In this document: positions 1 through 9,041 of the stretch, in pieces
How positions within the stretch are numbered: the first letter of the stretch is position 1
How the letters are laid out: each line of letters begins with the position of its first letter
Source of the DNA: Paracoccaceae bacterium
Lineage (GTDB): Bacteria; Pseudomonadota; Alphaproteobacteria; Rhodobacterales; Rhodobacteraceae
Reading direction: 5' to 3'
NCBI GenBank assembly: GCA_020846995.1
Contig: JADLCV010000127.1
Location: 19,364-83,363, forward strand
DNA length: 64,000 nucleotides
Made by a program: the position numbers and the translations under genes
The notes under the pieces: model-generated
Databases searched by the model: none
What the model saw: the letters and a program-made list of their open reading frames with translations, nothing else
What the model was told of the DNA's origin: nothing

Positions 1-867
1 CCGCCGCGGCTCTTCCCAGAGGTCGAGGCCGCGGGGCAGCACCTCGGCGCCGAGCGCGTCGCCAAGCCAGGTGGCGCCGCGGACGACCGCCGTGCCGTTG
101 ACGGCGGCGAGGAGGTGGCCGATCAGGCTCGCCGCCACCCGCTCGTCGAATAGGACCGGAAAGGCCCCGGTCGGCGGCCGCCGGGCGCCGGCCCGCGCGA
201 GCGCCCGCGCCGCCGCCTGCGCCCCCACCCATTCGGGCGCGGGCAGGTCGGCCGCGTGGGCGCGGCTCTCGCTGCACCAGTCGCGTTCCATGGCCGCGCC
301 CTCGCCGGTGATGGCAACGCAGGAGAGGCCGGCCGCGCTGCGCCTGTAGCCGCCGGCAAATCCGTTCGAGGCCGCGAGATGGACGGTGCTGCGCCCGGAC
401 CAGGCCGAGGCGGGATCGACAAGGCGGATGCCGGGCCGGCTGAGGGCGGCGGCCTCGGCCTGCCGGGCCGCCTCCTCGAGGGCCGCGGGCGCGGGCGCGG
501 GGGCGGGATCGACAAGGTCAAGGCCGGCGCCGTCCCGCTCGCGCGCAAGCTCGCCCGGAAGGGCGAGGCCCACGGTCGGGTCCCGCGGCGCCTCGCGGGC
601 CATGGCGACTGCCCGCTCGGCCATGGCGGCAAGCGTCTCCGCCCTCAGGTCCGAGGCGGCGACCGCAGCCTGGCGGCCGCCGACGATGACCCGCAGCCCG
701 ATCTCGACCGCCTCCGACCGCTCGGCCTTTTCCAGCCGCCCGGCCCGCACGTCGATCGCGACCGAGGCCTCCTCGAGCGCCATGGCGTCGGCCTCGTCCG
801 CCCCGGCGCGGCGCGCGGCCGCGAGAAGGGCCGCCGTCAGATCCTCCAGGGCTGCCGCCACCCGCAC
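1..867 (-). CDS. pmbA: PmbA/TldE-type metalloprotease (TldD/PmbA family), N-terminal part; the gene runs off the left edge
   Basis: Absent from the ORF track because there is no stop in the window. Manual minus-strand translation from GTG 865-867 gives VRVAAALEDLTAALLAAARRAGADEADAMALEEASVAIDVRAGRLEKAERSEAVEIGLRVIVGGRQAAVAASDL...PTGAFPVLFDERVAASLIGHLLAAVNG, which matches my memory of PmbA/TldE. The start codon is uncertain because the frame stays open upstream to 1146. Confidence 0.7.
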   Translation of the reverse strand, partial: MRVAAALEDLTAALLAAARRAGADEADAMALEEASVAIDVRAGRLEKAERSEAVEIGLRVIVGGRQAAVAASDLRAETLAAMAERAVAMAREAPRDPTVGLALPGELARERDGAGLDLVDPAPAPAPAALEEAARQAEAAALSRPGIRLVDPASAWSGRSTVHLAASNGFAGGYRRSAAGLSCVAITGEGAAMERDWCSESRAHAADLPAPEWVGAQAAARALARAGARRPPTGAFPVLFDERVAASLIGHLLAAVNGTAVVRGATWLGDALGAEVLPRGLDLWEEPRR

Positions 868-1146
868 CTTCCCCCTGCCCGTCCCCGTCCGGCTAGCTAG
901 GTGCCCGTGCCCCGCCACGCAAGGCGGGGGACGGGCGGAACGGGCGCGGGAACTCCCGCGGCCCGCGCCGGCGCCGGTGCGGCCCGGCCGAGGGGCCGGC
1001 ACGGGGCCGGCCACGACGCCGCCGGTCCCGCCGAAGCGGCCGGCACGGTGCCGCCACTCCCGTCCCCGGGCGCCGGCGCGAGCACCGCCCGCGCCGGCGC
1101 CGGTCCGGCCGACGGGTCCGGCGCCGGGCGCCGCCGGGCGCGGCGC

Positions 1147-2679
1147 CTATTGCAGGGGCTGGCCGTTGGCGACGATGCCGCCCTCGGGCGTGAGCTCCAC
1201 CTTGGTCGTGTAGGTGTCCGACTGGCCCTCGACCACGCGCGCGAAGAGGCCGAGCATGAACTTGGCCGAGGTCGCCTCCTCCTGCGGCAGGAGCCCCATG
1301 GCCACGAGCTTGTCCATGAGCGTGGTGATCCCGGAGGCGGTGACCTCGACCTCGCCCATCGGCCGCGGCAGGCCGGGGTAGGTCTCGCGGTCGGCGTTGT
1401 CGAAGATGAAGGCGCCCTTGCCGGTGACGCCGACGCCGACGGCCTCGACCTGCAGGTCCTTCAGTTCCAGCGCGTGCATCTCGCCAGGGAAGCTGTCGGC
1501 GCCCATGGTCTCGGGCGCGAAGAGGCCGTGCGTCCAGGCGAGCCGGCCGGCGATGTCGGCGACCAGCGTCGCGGGGTCGTGGGGCAGGCCGCCGCCGGGG
1601 TCGATCATCGACCACAGCCCCTCGTCGAGCCCGAGGTTGACAAGGCGCAGGAGGACCGAGAAGTCCTGCGGCTCGGTCGAGGCCGAGGCGGGCACCGAGA
1701 AGCCGAAGGCGAGGTCGTCGAAGGCGACGGTGACCTCGGGGAAGGGGATCTCGGAGCCGCTGACGGTGTAGCGGGCGCCGGTGTTGGCGACCGAATAGGC
1801 GAGCTTCTCGGCGCTCATCTCGACCGCGACGCTGCCGCCCGCCGTCTCGCCGGAAATCCGCGCCTGCTCGCCCGGCTCCTCGAACTCGAAGCTGAACTCG
1901 GTCGCCCCGATGGCGAAGTCGGTGGCGAGCGCGAAGCCGGCCGCGAGGGCCGGGCCGACCTCGTTGTCCTCGAGCGCCTCCATGAGGTCGAGCCGGTCGA
2001 TGCTCGAGCTGGTCTCGATGCCGGCGGCGGTGGCCGCCATCACCATCCTGCCCTCGCCCTCGGGATTGACGACGCGGAGGTCGAGCTTCAGGCTCTCGGC
2101 GGCAAGCTCGCTCGCCAGCGAGGGCGCCTCGCCCGCGACGTAGGAATAGCTGCCGGCAAGGGTGCCGACGGCAAGGTCGAGGACGGCGTCGACCGGCTTG
2201 CCGTCGGCGATGACGTGCTCGACCCCGACCGTCAGTGCGTCGGCAGCGAAGTCGTAGGTGATCTCCCGGGGGCTGCCGCTGGCGGTGAACTCGAGCCCCT
2301 CCTGGCGCATGACGATGCGCGCATCGACATTGTCGCCCGACCCCGGCCGGTCCTTGACCGTCAGGGCGAAGGCGGGGGCGAGCGTGATCGCGACACTGCC
2401 GTCGCCCTGGTCGGCAAAGGCGATGTCGCCGAGCTCGACGGTGACGTCGGGGCCGTCGGTCGGTTGCGAGAGAGTGACGGCGGTCACCGTCAGGACGGCG
2501 CCGGCGCGGGTCGCGGCGCCGAAGGCGACGGTCTGGCCGACGTCCTCGAGGGCCGCCTTCCACGAGGTCCAGACGTCCTCGGGCGTCACCTGGGCGAGCG
2601 CCGGGGCGCCCGCGAGCAGCGCGACGAGGGCGCAGCCCGAAAGCAGGGCGCTCTGCCTGCGCGTTGCGGAAATGGCCAT
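1147..2679 (-). CDS. Secreted conserved hypothetical protein (possibly DUF2125 family)
   Basis: 510-aa ORF with the signal peptide MAISATRRQSALLSGCALVALLAGAPALAQ, normal amino-acid composition and strong G/C third-position bias. The DUF2125 assignment is recollection only. Confidence 0.7.
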   Translation of the reverse strand: MAISATRRQSALLSGCALVALLAGAPALAQVTPEDVWTSWKAALEDVGQTVAFGAATRAGAVLTVTAVTLSQPTDGPDVTVELGDIAFADQGDGSVAITLAPAFALTVKDRPGSGDNVDARIVMRQEGLEFTASGSPREITYDFAADALTVGVEHVIADGKPVDAVLDLAVGTLAGSYSYVAGEAPSLASELAAESLKLDLRVVNPEGEGRMVMAATAAGIETSSSIDRLDLMEALEDNEVGPALAAGFALATDFAIGATEFSFEFEEPGEQARISGETAGGSVAVEMSAEKLAYSVANTGARYTVSGSEIPFPEVTVAFDDLAFGFSVPASASTEPQDFSVLLRLVNLGLDEGLWSMIDPGGGLPHDPATLVADIAGRLAWTHGLFAPETMGADSFPGEMHALELKDLQVEAVGVGVTGKGAFIFDNADRETYPGLPRPMGEVEVTASGITTLMDKLVAMGLLPQEEATSAKFMLGLFARVVEGQSDTYTTKVELTPEGGIVANGQPLQ

Positions 2680-3153
2680 GAAAGCGTCTCCCTGTGCACG
2701 GACCCTTGTCGGCGAGCATCCCGGTTGCCGGGGGCGAGGTCAAGCGAACTCGCACCCGCGCCCAAGGCCGACGCATCGTGCCGATGACGGCCCTGGCGCA
2801 GTCGTCGGACCGTCGGGCGCGTCGGCGCCTGCGGGCGAGGGGCGAGCCTCGGCCATGGAACCCGGGGCTGGTCGAGGGCGGGGCGGCGGGGGTCGAGGGT
2901 CCCCCCGCCGTGATCGGCGCCGGTACCGGTGCGGTCCTCGTCGAAGCCGGCACAGGGAACCGAAGCCGGTGCGGGTTCCCGATCGCCCGGCGGGCGCGGG
3001 GGCGGCCCCGCGCGCGGGTCGGGCCTCTCGGGCAGGATCGAGATCGGGCATGGCGCCGGACTCCCCGAGACCGTGAAGTCACCGCGCATCCGGATCGGCC
3101 CCCCCCGCGACTGCCCCGGGGCCGCATGATGCGGATTCCCGGGCCGGGGGGGG

Positions 3154-3181
3154 CCAAAATCCTTCGTGCGAAGGATCTTGG
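3154..3181. repeat. 28-nt near-perfect palindrome CCAAAATCCTTCGTGCGAAGGATCTTGG
   Basis: 12 of 13 arm positions pair, checked base by base. It is the lowest-GC element in the 666-bp gene-free interval 2680-3345. On the minus strand the hairpin is followed by UUUUGG. Confidence 0.7.
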
Positions 3182-3345
3182 GCTCCGGCCCCGCCGCCGG
3201 TCGCAGGCCGGCCGCCCGGCCGGGCGCCGGTCGGGGGAGGCAGGGCGCGGCCCCCCCCTTGCCGGCGGCAGTTTCCGGCCCGAGATGGTGGGGTTCGGGC
3301 CGGCCCCCGGCGGCGGGGGCGGGCGCCCGGGAAAGGGGGGCGGCG

Positions 3346-4596
3346 GTGACGGAGCACGAGGTCGCGGCCGGGGCGCTGGTGATCGGTGCCGGCCCCGCCG
3401 GGCTGATGGCGGCCGAGATGCTTGCCCTCCGCGGGGTTCGCGTGCGGGTGGCCGAGGCTCGCCCCTCGCCTGCCCGCAAGCTCCTGATGGCCGGCCGCTC
3501 GGGGCTGAACCTGACGCGGGAGGAGCCGGACGCGGCCTTCACGGCGGCCTATGGCGAGGCGTCAGGCCGGCTTGCCCCCCTGCTCGCGGCCTTCGGGCCG
3601 GCCGCGGTCAGGGCCTGGGCCGAGGGGCTCGGCCAGCCCCTCTTCACGGGCACGACGGGACGGGTCTTCCCGGTCGCGATGAAGGCCTCGCCCCTGCTCC
3701 GGGCCTGGCTCGGGCGGCTCGCGGGCCTCGGGGTCAGGCTCGAAACCGGCTGGCGCTGGACGGGAGAGGCCGGTCCGGGCTTCGCCTTCGCGACCCCCGG
3801 GGGGCCGGTCCGGCTGCGGCCGGGGGTGGCGGTCCTCGCCCTCGGCGGGGCGTCGTGGTCGCGGCTGGGCGCGGACGGGCACTGGGCGCCCTGGCTTCGC
3901 GCCCGCGGGGTCGGGGTCGCCCCCTTCCGTCCCGCCAACATGGGTCTCGCCGTCGCCTGGCCGGCCGGGGCCGGGCGCCACTTCGGGGCCCCGGTCAAGG
4001 GCGTGGCGCTCGAGGCGGGCGGGATCCGGAGCCGCGGCGAGTTCGTGATCTCGGCCCGCGGGCTCGAGGGCGGCGGCATCTACGCCGTCGCGCGTCCGGT
4101 GCGCGAGGGGGCAGCGCTCACGCTCGACCTCGCCCCCGACCTCGCGCTTTCCGAGGTCGCGCGCCGCCTTGCCGCCGCCCGGGCGGGCGACAGCCAGGCG
4201 AACCGGCTCCGCAAGGCGCTCGGCCTCGACCCCGCGCGGGCCTTCCTGCTCGCGGCCTTCGGCCGGCCGCTGCCGCCCCTCGCCGCCGATCTCGCCCGCC
4301 TCGTCAAGGCGCTGCCGGTCCGCCACGACGGACCGCGGCCGCTCGACGAGGCGATCTCGACCGCGGGCGGGGTGTGCTTGTCCGCCCTCGACGACGGGCT
4401 CATGCTGCGCGCCTGGCCGGGCGTCTTCGCCGCCGGCGAGATGCTCGACTGGGAGGCGCCGACGGGCGGCTACCTCCTCACCGCCTGCCTTGCCACCGGC
4501 CGCCGGGCGGGCGTTGCCGCCGCCGCCCGCCTGGCCGCGGGCCTGCCGGGGCCGGACGGGGAGGCCGCCGGGGAGCGGCCGCCCCGGGCGGGGTGA
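3346..4596 (+). CDS. HI0933/BaiN-like flavoprotein (NAD(P)/FAD-dependent oxidoreductase)
   Basis: GTG at 3346 preceded by GAAAGGGGGG. The N-terminal dinucleotide-binding motif is ALVIGAGPAGLMAAEML, followed by KLLMAGRSGLNLT and, near the C-terminus, STAGGV...FAAGEMLDWEAPTGGYLL, all typical of this family. The 60 upstream codons of the tracked ORF (from 3166) are R/G/P junk. Confidence 0.8.
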   Translation: MTEHEVAAGALVIGAGPAGLMAAEMLALRGVRVRVAEARPSPARKLLMAGRSGLNLTREEPDAAFTAAYGEASGRLAPLLAAFGPAAVRAWAEGLGQPLFTGTTGRVFPVAMKASPLLRAWLGRLAGLGVRLETGWRWTGEAGPGFAFATPGGPVRLRPGVAVLALGGASWSRLGADGHWAPWLRARGVGVAPFRPANMGLAVAWPAGAGRHFGAPVKGVALEAGGIRSRGEFVISARGLEGGGIYAVARPVREGAALTLDLAPDLALSEVARRLAAARAGDSQANRLRKALGLDPARAFLLAAFGRPLPPLAADLARLVKALPVRHDGPRPLDEAISTAGGVCLSALDDGLMLRAWPGVFAAGEMLDWEAPTGGYLLTACLATGRRAGVAAAARLAAGLPGPDGEAAGERPPRAG

Positions 4597-4775
4597 GGGC
4601 CGCGCCGCGGGGGTGCGCGGGCCGGCGCCGGGCCCCCCCGCCCGGCCGCGCCTGCCCCGGGCGCGCGCGGGCGCCGCGGCATCTGCGCCACCGCCGTCTC
4701 GGCCGGTGACCGCCTGCTCGGGCGCGAGGGGGGCCCCCCGCGGCGCCGGCCCGCCTGCGCCCGGGGGGACGCGGC

Positions 4776-4964
4776 TCAGGCGAAGAAGGCCGGGCGCAGC
4801 CAGCGCGCGGTCAGGGCCCCGAGCCCGGCGAGGGCAAGGGCGAGGCAGAAGAGCCAGCCCACCGCCGGCACGAGGGCGACGAGCCCCGCGATCACGACGC
4901 CCACGAGGGCGGCGACGAGGCGCTCGCCCGCGCGGGCGGGCTCGCCCCGCCCGAGCGCCTTCAT
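4776..4964 (-). CDS. C-terminal TM fragment in the same frame as 4998..5906 (likely the split tail of that gene)
   Basis: 62-aa hydrophobic ORF, exactly 74 codons (222 nt) downstream in the same frame. The 11 intervening codons (VVGLYALGAGA) contain no stop and keep the G/C third-position bias. Confidence 0.55.
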   Translation of the reverse strand: MKALGRGEPARAGERLVAALVGVVIAGLVALVPAVGWLFCLALALAGLGALTARWLRPAFFA

Positions 4965-4997
4965 CGCCCCCGCCCCGAGCGCGTAGAGCCCGACGAC

Positions 4998-5906
4998 CTA
5001 GCCGAGAACGGCGGCGAGCGCCGCAAGCGCGAGGGCGGCGGGGAGAAGGAGGATGCCGACCACGGTCAGGGCCACGACCAGCCCCGCCCCGGCGAGCGCC
5101 GAGAGCGCGAGAAAGCCGAGCCAGGCGGCGCGGAACGGCCGCTCGGCGACATGTCGGCGGAGCGAGGCCATGCCCTCCGGGGCGACGAGCGCGAGAAGCC
5201 CGGTCACGACCGCGAGGGCCGCGAGCGAGCCGAGGGCCCCGCGCACCATCCACCACCAGCCGGCGCCGCCCCGCGGCCGCCCGTCCCCGGGGATGGCGTC
5301 GGCGCGGATGCGCGTCACGCGGTCGGCCGCACTCACCGATGCGGGGATCTCGACCGCCTCGGGGTCGGGGTGGACGAGCGTCAGGCGGCCCTCGAGGCGC
5401 GCCCCCTCGCCGAACTCCACCCGGCCCGCCGAGAGGTTGACGTCGCCCGTGACGGGGGCCTCGAGGCGCACCTCCTCGCCCGCGAGCGCCGCCGCCCCGG
5501 CGACCGGGGCCGCGAGCCGGACCCGCCGGCCGACGGCGCGCAGGTTGCCGCCGACCGGGGCGAGGACCTCGACCGCGTAGCCCGCGAGCGAGGCCCCGCC
5601 GCGCACCGGCGCCTCGAGCCTGACCTCGTAGCCCGCGGCATAGGCGTTGCCGCCGATCTCGGCGGCGACGGCCACGCTGCGGCCGACGAGATGGGCGCTG
5701 CCGGTCAGGGGGGCGGCGACGCGCGCGGTCTCGCCGGCGAGGAAGGCGTCGGCCGCGGGCTGGGTCAGTTCCGCCCGCTCGGCCCCGAGGTAGGCGTCGC
5801 CGCCGAGGCGGAAGGCCGCCTCCTCGCCGGCGGCGGGCAGGGCAGGGGCGAGGGCGAGGGCGAGGGCGAGGGCAACGGCGAACGCGGACGGATGACGGTG
5901 CATCAT
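4998..5906 (-). CDS. Bactofilin-like / polymer-forming repeat protein with signal peptide and C-terminal TM segments; ends at an in-frame TAG
   Basis: 302-aa ORF. Signal peptide [27 protein letters not shown], then degenerate repeats of the type VRLEAPVxGxxxLAGxxV, then hydrophobic helices. TAG at 4998-5000. Confidence 0.8.
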   Translation of the reverse strand: MMHRHPSAFAVALALALALAPALPAAGEEAAFRLGGDAYLGAERAELTQPAADAFLAGETARVAAPLTGSAHLVGRSVAVAAEIGGNAYAAGYEVRLEAPVRGGASLAGYAVEVLAPVGGNLRAVGRRVRLAAPVAGAAALAGEEVRLEAPVTGDVNLSAGRVEFGEGARLEGRLTLVHPDPEAVEIPASVSAADRVTRIRADAIPGDGRPRGGAGWWWMVRGALGSLAALAVVTGLLALVAPEGMASLRRHVAERPFRAAWLGFLALSALAGAGLVVALTVVGILLLPAALALAALAAVLG

Positions 5907-6182
5907 GCGGGCATGCTCCCCCAGGGGCGCCGGCCGGCGGCGGCCGGCCGGCAGCGTCTCCCCTCATCTTGGCCAGCCGCCCGGCGGCGCGCCTTGAGCG
6001 GGATCAAGCCGGTCCCGGGGAAATTGCGTCCGGAGGTCCGACGGGCCGCTTGCGAGGGGGGACGGCTTCCGGCGCGGCGGCGTGTTCGCCCCCGGGATGC
6101 CCCCGCGGACGGCGGGCCGGGCTTGCCTTCGGCCGGCCCGGCGCTATGAGGGGCCCGGGGCCGGGGAAGACGCGAGGGCAGG

Positions 6183-7076
6183 ATGGCACGGCCGGGCCGC
6201 CCCTTCCTTGCCGCGCTCTGGATGGGCGGGGCGATCGTCTCCTTCACGCTGATGGCGTTCGCGGCGCGCGAACTGCAACCCGCGCTCTCGACCTTCGAGA
6301 TCATGGCCTGGCGGTCGCTGATCGGGTTCGTGATCGTCCTCGGGCTCGTCCTTCGCGCGCGGCCGGGGACGGCCCGGCTGCGCACCCCGGTGGCGGGCCT
6401 GCACGCGCTCAAGAACCTCTGGCATTTCGCCGGCCAGAACCTGTGGTTCTACGGCATCGCGACCATCCCCCTTGCCCAGATCGTGGCGCTCGAATTCACG
6501 AACCCGCTGTGGGTGACGCTGCTCGCCCCCCTCCTGCTCGGCGAATCCTTCACCGCCCGCAAGGCCGGGGTGGCGGCGCTGGGTTTCGTTGGCGTCCTCG
6601 TCGTCGCCCAGCCGGGGGTGTCGCCGCTCGGCTGGGGCCATGCGGCGGGGCTCGCCTCGGCCCTCGGCTTTGCCATGAACGCCCTCTACACGCGGCGGAT
6701 CATGGCCCACGACGGCGTCCTCTGCGTGCTCTTCTGGATGACGCTCATGCAGGGGGTCCTCGGCTTCATCCTCGGCGCGCCGGGCGGCATCGCGGTGCCG
6801 GCGGCGGCACTCCTGCCCTGGCTCGCGGTGGTCGGGGTGACGGGGCTGAGCGCCCATTTCGCGCTGACGAATGCCCTCGCGCTGGCGCCGGCGAGCGTGG
6901 TCGCGCCGATGGAGTTCCTGCGCCTGCCGATCATCGCCCTTCTCGCGGCCTGGATCTACGGCGAGCCGCTCGAGGCGGCGGTGTTCCTCGGCGGGGCGGT
7001 GATCCTGGTCGCGAATCTCGTCAACCTTGCCGGCGTCGCCCGCGATGGCCGGCGTGCGGCGCTGCCGGGGGGCTGA
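6183..7076 (+). CDS. DMT-superfamily (EamA-like) transporter
   Basis: 297-aa polytopic membrane protein with about 10 hydrophobic segments and a two-halves architecture typical of EamA/RhaT. Confidence 0.85.
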   Translation: MARPGRPFLAALWMGGAIVSFTLMAFAARELQPALSTFEIMAWRSLIGFVIVLGLVLRARPGTARLRTPVAGLHALKNLWHFAGQNLWFYGIATIPLAQIVALEFTNPLWVTLLAPLLLGESFTARKAGVAALGFVGVLVVAQPGVSPLGWGHAAGLASALGFAMNALYTRRIMAHDGVLCVLFWMTLMQGVLGFILGAPGGIAVPAAALLPWLAVVGVTGLSAHFALTNALALAPASVVAPMEFLRLPIIALLAAWIYGEPLEAAVFLGGAVILVANLVNLAGVARDGRRAALPGG

Positions 7077-7169
7077 GGTCGCCCGGGGGACGCGCCCGGC
7101 CGGCAGGGCGCCGCCCCGCCGGGCCCGGGCGGGCGCGGCGCGGGGCGGGGCGGGGCCAGAAGCCGGCGG

Positions 7170-7448
7170 TCAGAAGTCGACGGCGATGCCCTTGCGTTCC
7201 CAGTCGCCGAAGCGGACGGGCTCGGGCCCCGCCCGGCCGCCCCGCTCGGCGGGAAGCGCCGGGGGGGCCGCGGCGCGGCGGCGGGCCGCGGCCTCGGCGA
7301 GCGCCCGGCGGGCGGCGGGGGCGAGCGCCGCGGCGGGGTCGGCAGCGGCAGGGGCGCCCGCACGGACGGGCCCGGCAGCGGGGCCGGCACCCGGATCGGC
7401 CGCCGCGTCGGCGGCGGGGTCGGGGACGGGGTCGGGGTCGGCGGGCAT
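7170..7448 (-). CDS. DUF1674 protein (SDHAF4-like)
   Basis: Only the last 92 codons of the 1104-aa tracked ORF look real. They start at ATG 7446-7448 and carry the C-terminal signature [17 protein letters not shown], characteristic of DUF1674. Confidence 0.75.
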   Translation of the reverse strand: MPADPDPVPDPAADAAADPGAGPAAGPVRAGAPAAADPAAALAPAARRALAEAAARRRAAAPPALPAERGGRAGPEPVRFGDWERKGIAVDF

Positions 7449-7595
7449 GGCGCGCTCCTTGCCGGGGCTGGGCTGCGTGCTATAGCCGCCGCGGGCGGGG
7501 GGCAAGCGCAGGCGCGGGCAGGGGTCGCGGGCGCGGGGCGCGCGCGCGGTGGTCGCGGTGGTCCGGGGCGGCGCGAGACCGGCGCGGGGGGCGGC

Positions 7596-8918
7596 ATGGC
7601 GGCGGGAGCGCGGGCGGGGGCGGGGGGCGAGGAGGCGGCGGCGGGGCGGGCCGAGCGGGGGGCCGCGCTCGACCTCCTCGTCGCGGTCCTCGGCGGCGGC
7701 CGGACGCTGGCCGCGGCCGAGGCGGCAGCGCCCTTCGCCGCCCTCGCCCCGGCCGGGCGGGCACGGGCGCGCCGGCTCGCGGCCGCGGCCCTGCGCCACG
7801 GCGGGCGCGCCGACCGCCTCCTCGGGCCCCTGCTGCGGTGGCGACCGGCGCCCGCCGTCCACGCCGCCCTGCACCTCGCCCTGGCCGAGATCTTCGCCGG
7901 GGGCGGGGCCGCCCATGCCGCCGTCGATGCCGCGGTGGCGCTGGTGGCGGCGCGGGCAGGCCGGCCGGCGGCCGATTTCGCGAACGCCGTCCTGCGCAAG
8001 GCGGTGGTGGCCGGAGGGGAGGGGGGCTGGGCCCGGCTCGCCCCCGGGGCCATGCCCGCCTGGCTGCGCCGGCCGGTCGTCGCGGCCTGGGGCGGGGCGG
8101 TGGCGCGGGCGATCGAGGCCGCCCACGAGCGCGGCGCGGCCCTCGACCTGACGCCGAGGGAGCCGGCGGCGGCTTCGCTCTGGGCGGCCCGGCTCGGCGC
8201 CACGCTCCTGCCGACGGGATCGCTGCGCCTGCCCGCGGGCGGACAGGTGACGGCGCTGCCGGGCTACGACGAGGGCGCCTGGTGGGTGCAGGACGCGGCC
8301 GCGGCCCTCCCCGCGCGCGTCCTCGCGGCGAAGGCCGGCGAGGAGGTCGTCGATCTCTGCGCCGCCCCCGGGGGCAAGACCCTCCAGCTTGCCGCCGCGG
8401 GCGCGCGGGTGACGGCGGTCGAGCCTGCGGCGCCGCGGATGGCCCTCCTCGCCGCGAACCTCGCCCGCTGCCGGCTCGCGGCCGACTGCGTCCAGGCCGA
8501 CGCCCTCGCCTGGGCCCCGCCCTCGCCGGTGGTGGCGGTTCTCCTCGATCCTCCCTGCACCGCGACCGGGACGATCCGCCGCCACCCCGACCTGCCGGCC
8601 CTCCGCGACGGCGCCGGGCTCGACCGTCTCCGCGCCCTCCAGGCCACGCTCCTCGACCGGGCGGCGGGGTTCCTCGCCCCGGGCGGGCGGCTCGTCTACG
8701 CCGTCTGCTCGCTCCTGCCGGCCGAGGGCGAGGACCAGCTTGCCGCCGCCCTCGCCCGCCATCCCGACCTTGCCCCCGACCCCTCGGCGCTCGCGCTCCC
8801 GGGGGTCGCGCCGGAGTGGATCACCAGGGGCGGCGGGCTCCGGCTGCGGCCCGACTTCTGGCCGGGGGCCGGCGGCATGGACGGCTTCTTCGTTGCCTGC
8901 CTGCGGCGGACGGGCTAG
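7596..8918 (+). CDS. rsmB: RsmB/NOP-family SAM-dependent RNA m5C methyltransferase
   Basis: 440 aa with motifs [42 protein letters not shown] and LVYAVCSL (the two catalytic Cys motifs of the RsmB/Sun family). Confidence 0.8.
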   Translation: MAAGARAGAGGEEAAAGRAERGAALDLLVAVLGGGRTLAAAEAAAPFAALAPAGRARARRLAAAALRHGGRADRLLGPLLRWRPAPAVHAALHLALAEIFAGGGAAHAAVDAAVALVAARAGRPAADFANAVLRKAVVAGGEGGWARLAPGAMPAWLRRPVVAAWGGAVARAIEAAHERGAALDLTPREPAAASLWAARLGATLLPTGSLRLPAGGQVTALPGYDEGAWWVQDAAAALPARVLAAKAGEEVVDLCAAPGGKTLQLAAAGARVTAVEPAAPRMALLAANLARCRLAADCVQADALAWAPPSPVVAVLLDPPCTATGTIRRHPDLPALRDGAGLDRLRALQATLLDRAAGFLAPGGRLVYAVCSLLPAEGEDQLAAALARHPDLAPDPSALALPGVAPEWITRGGGLRLRPDFWPGAGGMDGFFVACLRRTG

Positions 8919-9041
8919 AGCGTGACCGCAACGACCGGGAACGCTTCCCGCCCGTGCCCCGCACGGGGCCGCCTTCCTTCGCGCCGGCGACCGGCCCGGG
9001 GGGCGCGTCCGGGCGGGCCGAGGGGCAGGGAAGGGCGCGGG

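Noticed and set aside
868-1146. Read-through or N-terminal extension linking the DUF2125-like stop (TAG 1147-1149) to pmbA, since both are in the same frame with no intervening stop
   Set aside because: The intervening 93 codons translate to low-complexity APRPAAPGAGPVGRTGAGAGG… with no protein-like pattern. Open frames of this length are expected by chance at this GC content.
2925-2995. AGGGAAC…GCCGGTGCGGGTTCCC, which superficially resembles a cobalamin-riboswitch core
   Set aside because: I could not find the B12 box or the conserved GCCACTG-type segment, and the downstream gene is not B12-related. It is more simply a 6-bp hairpin (GGAACC/GGTTCC).
4998-5000. TAG as pyrrolysine or other programmed recoding
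   Set aside because: There are no pyl genes or recoding signals in the window and no precedent I know of in this lineage. A nonsense mutation, a split gene or an assembly error is far more likely.
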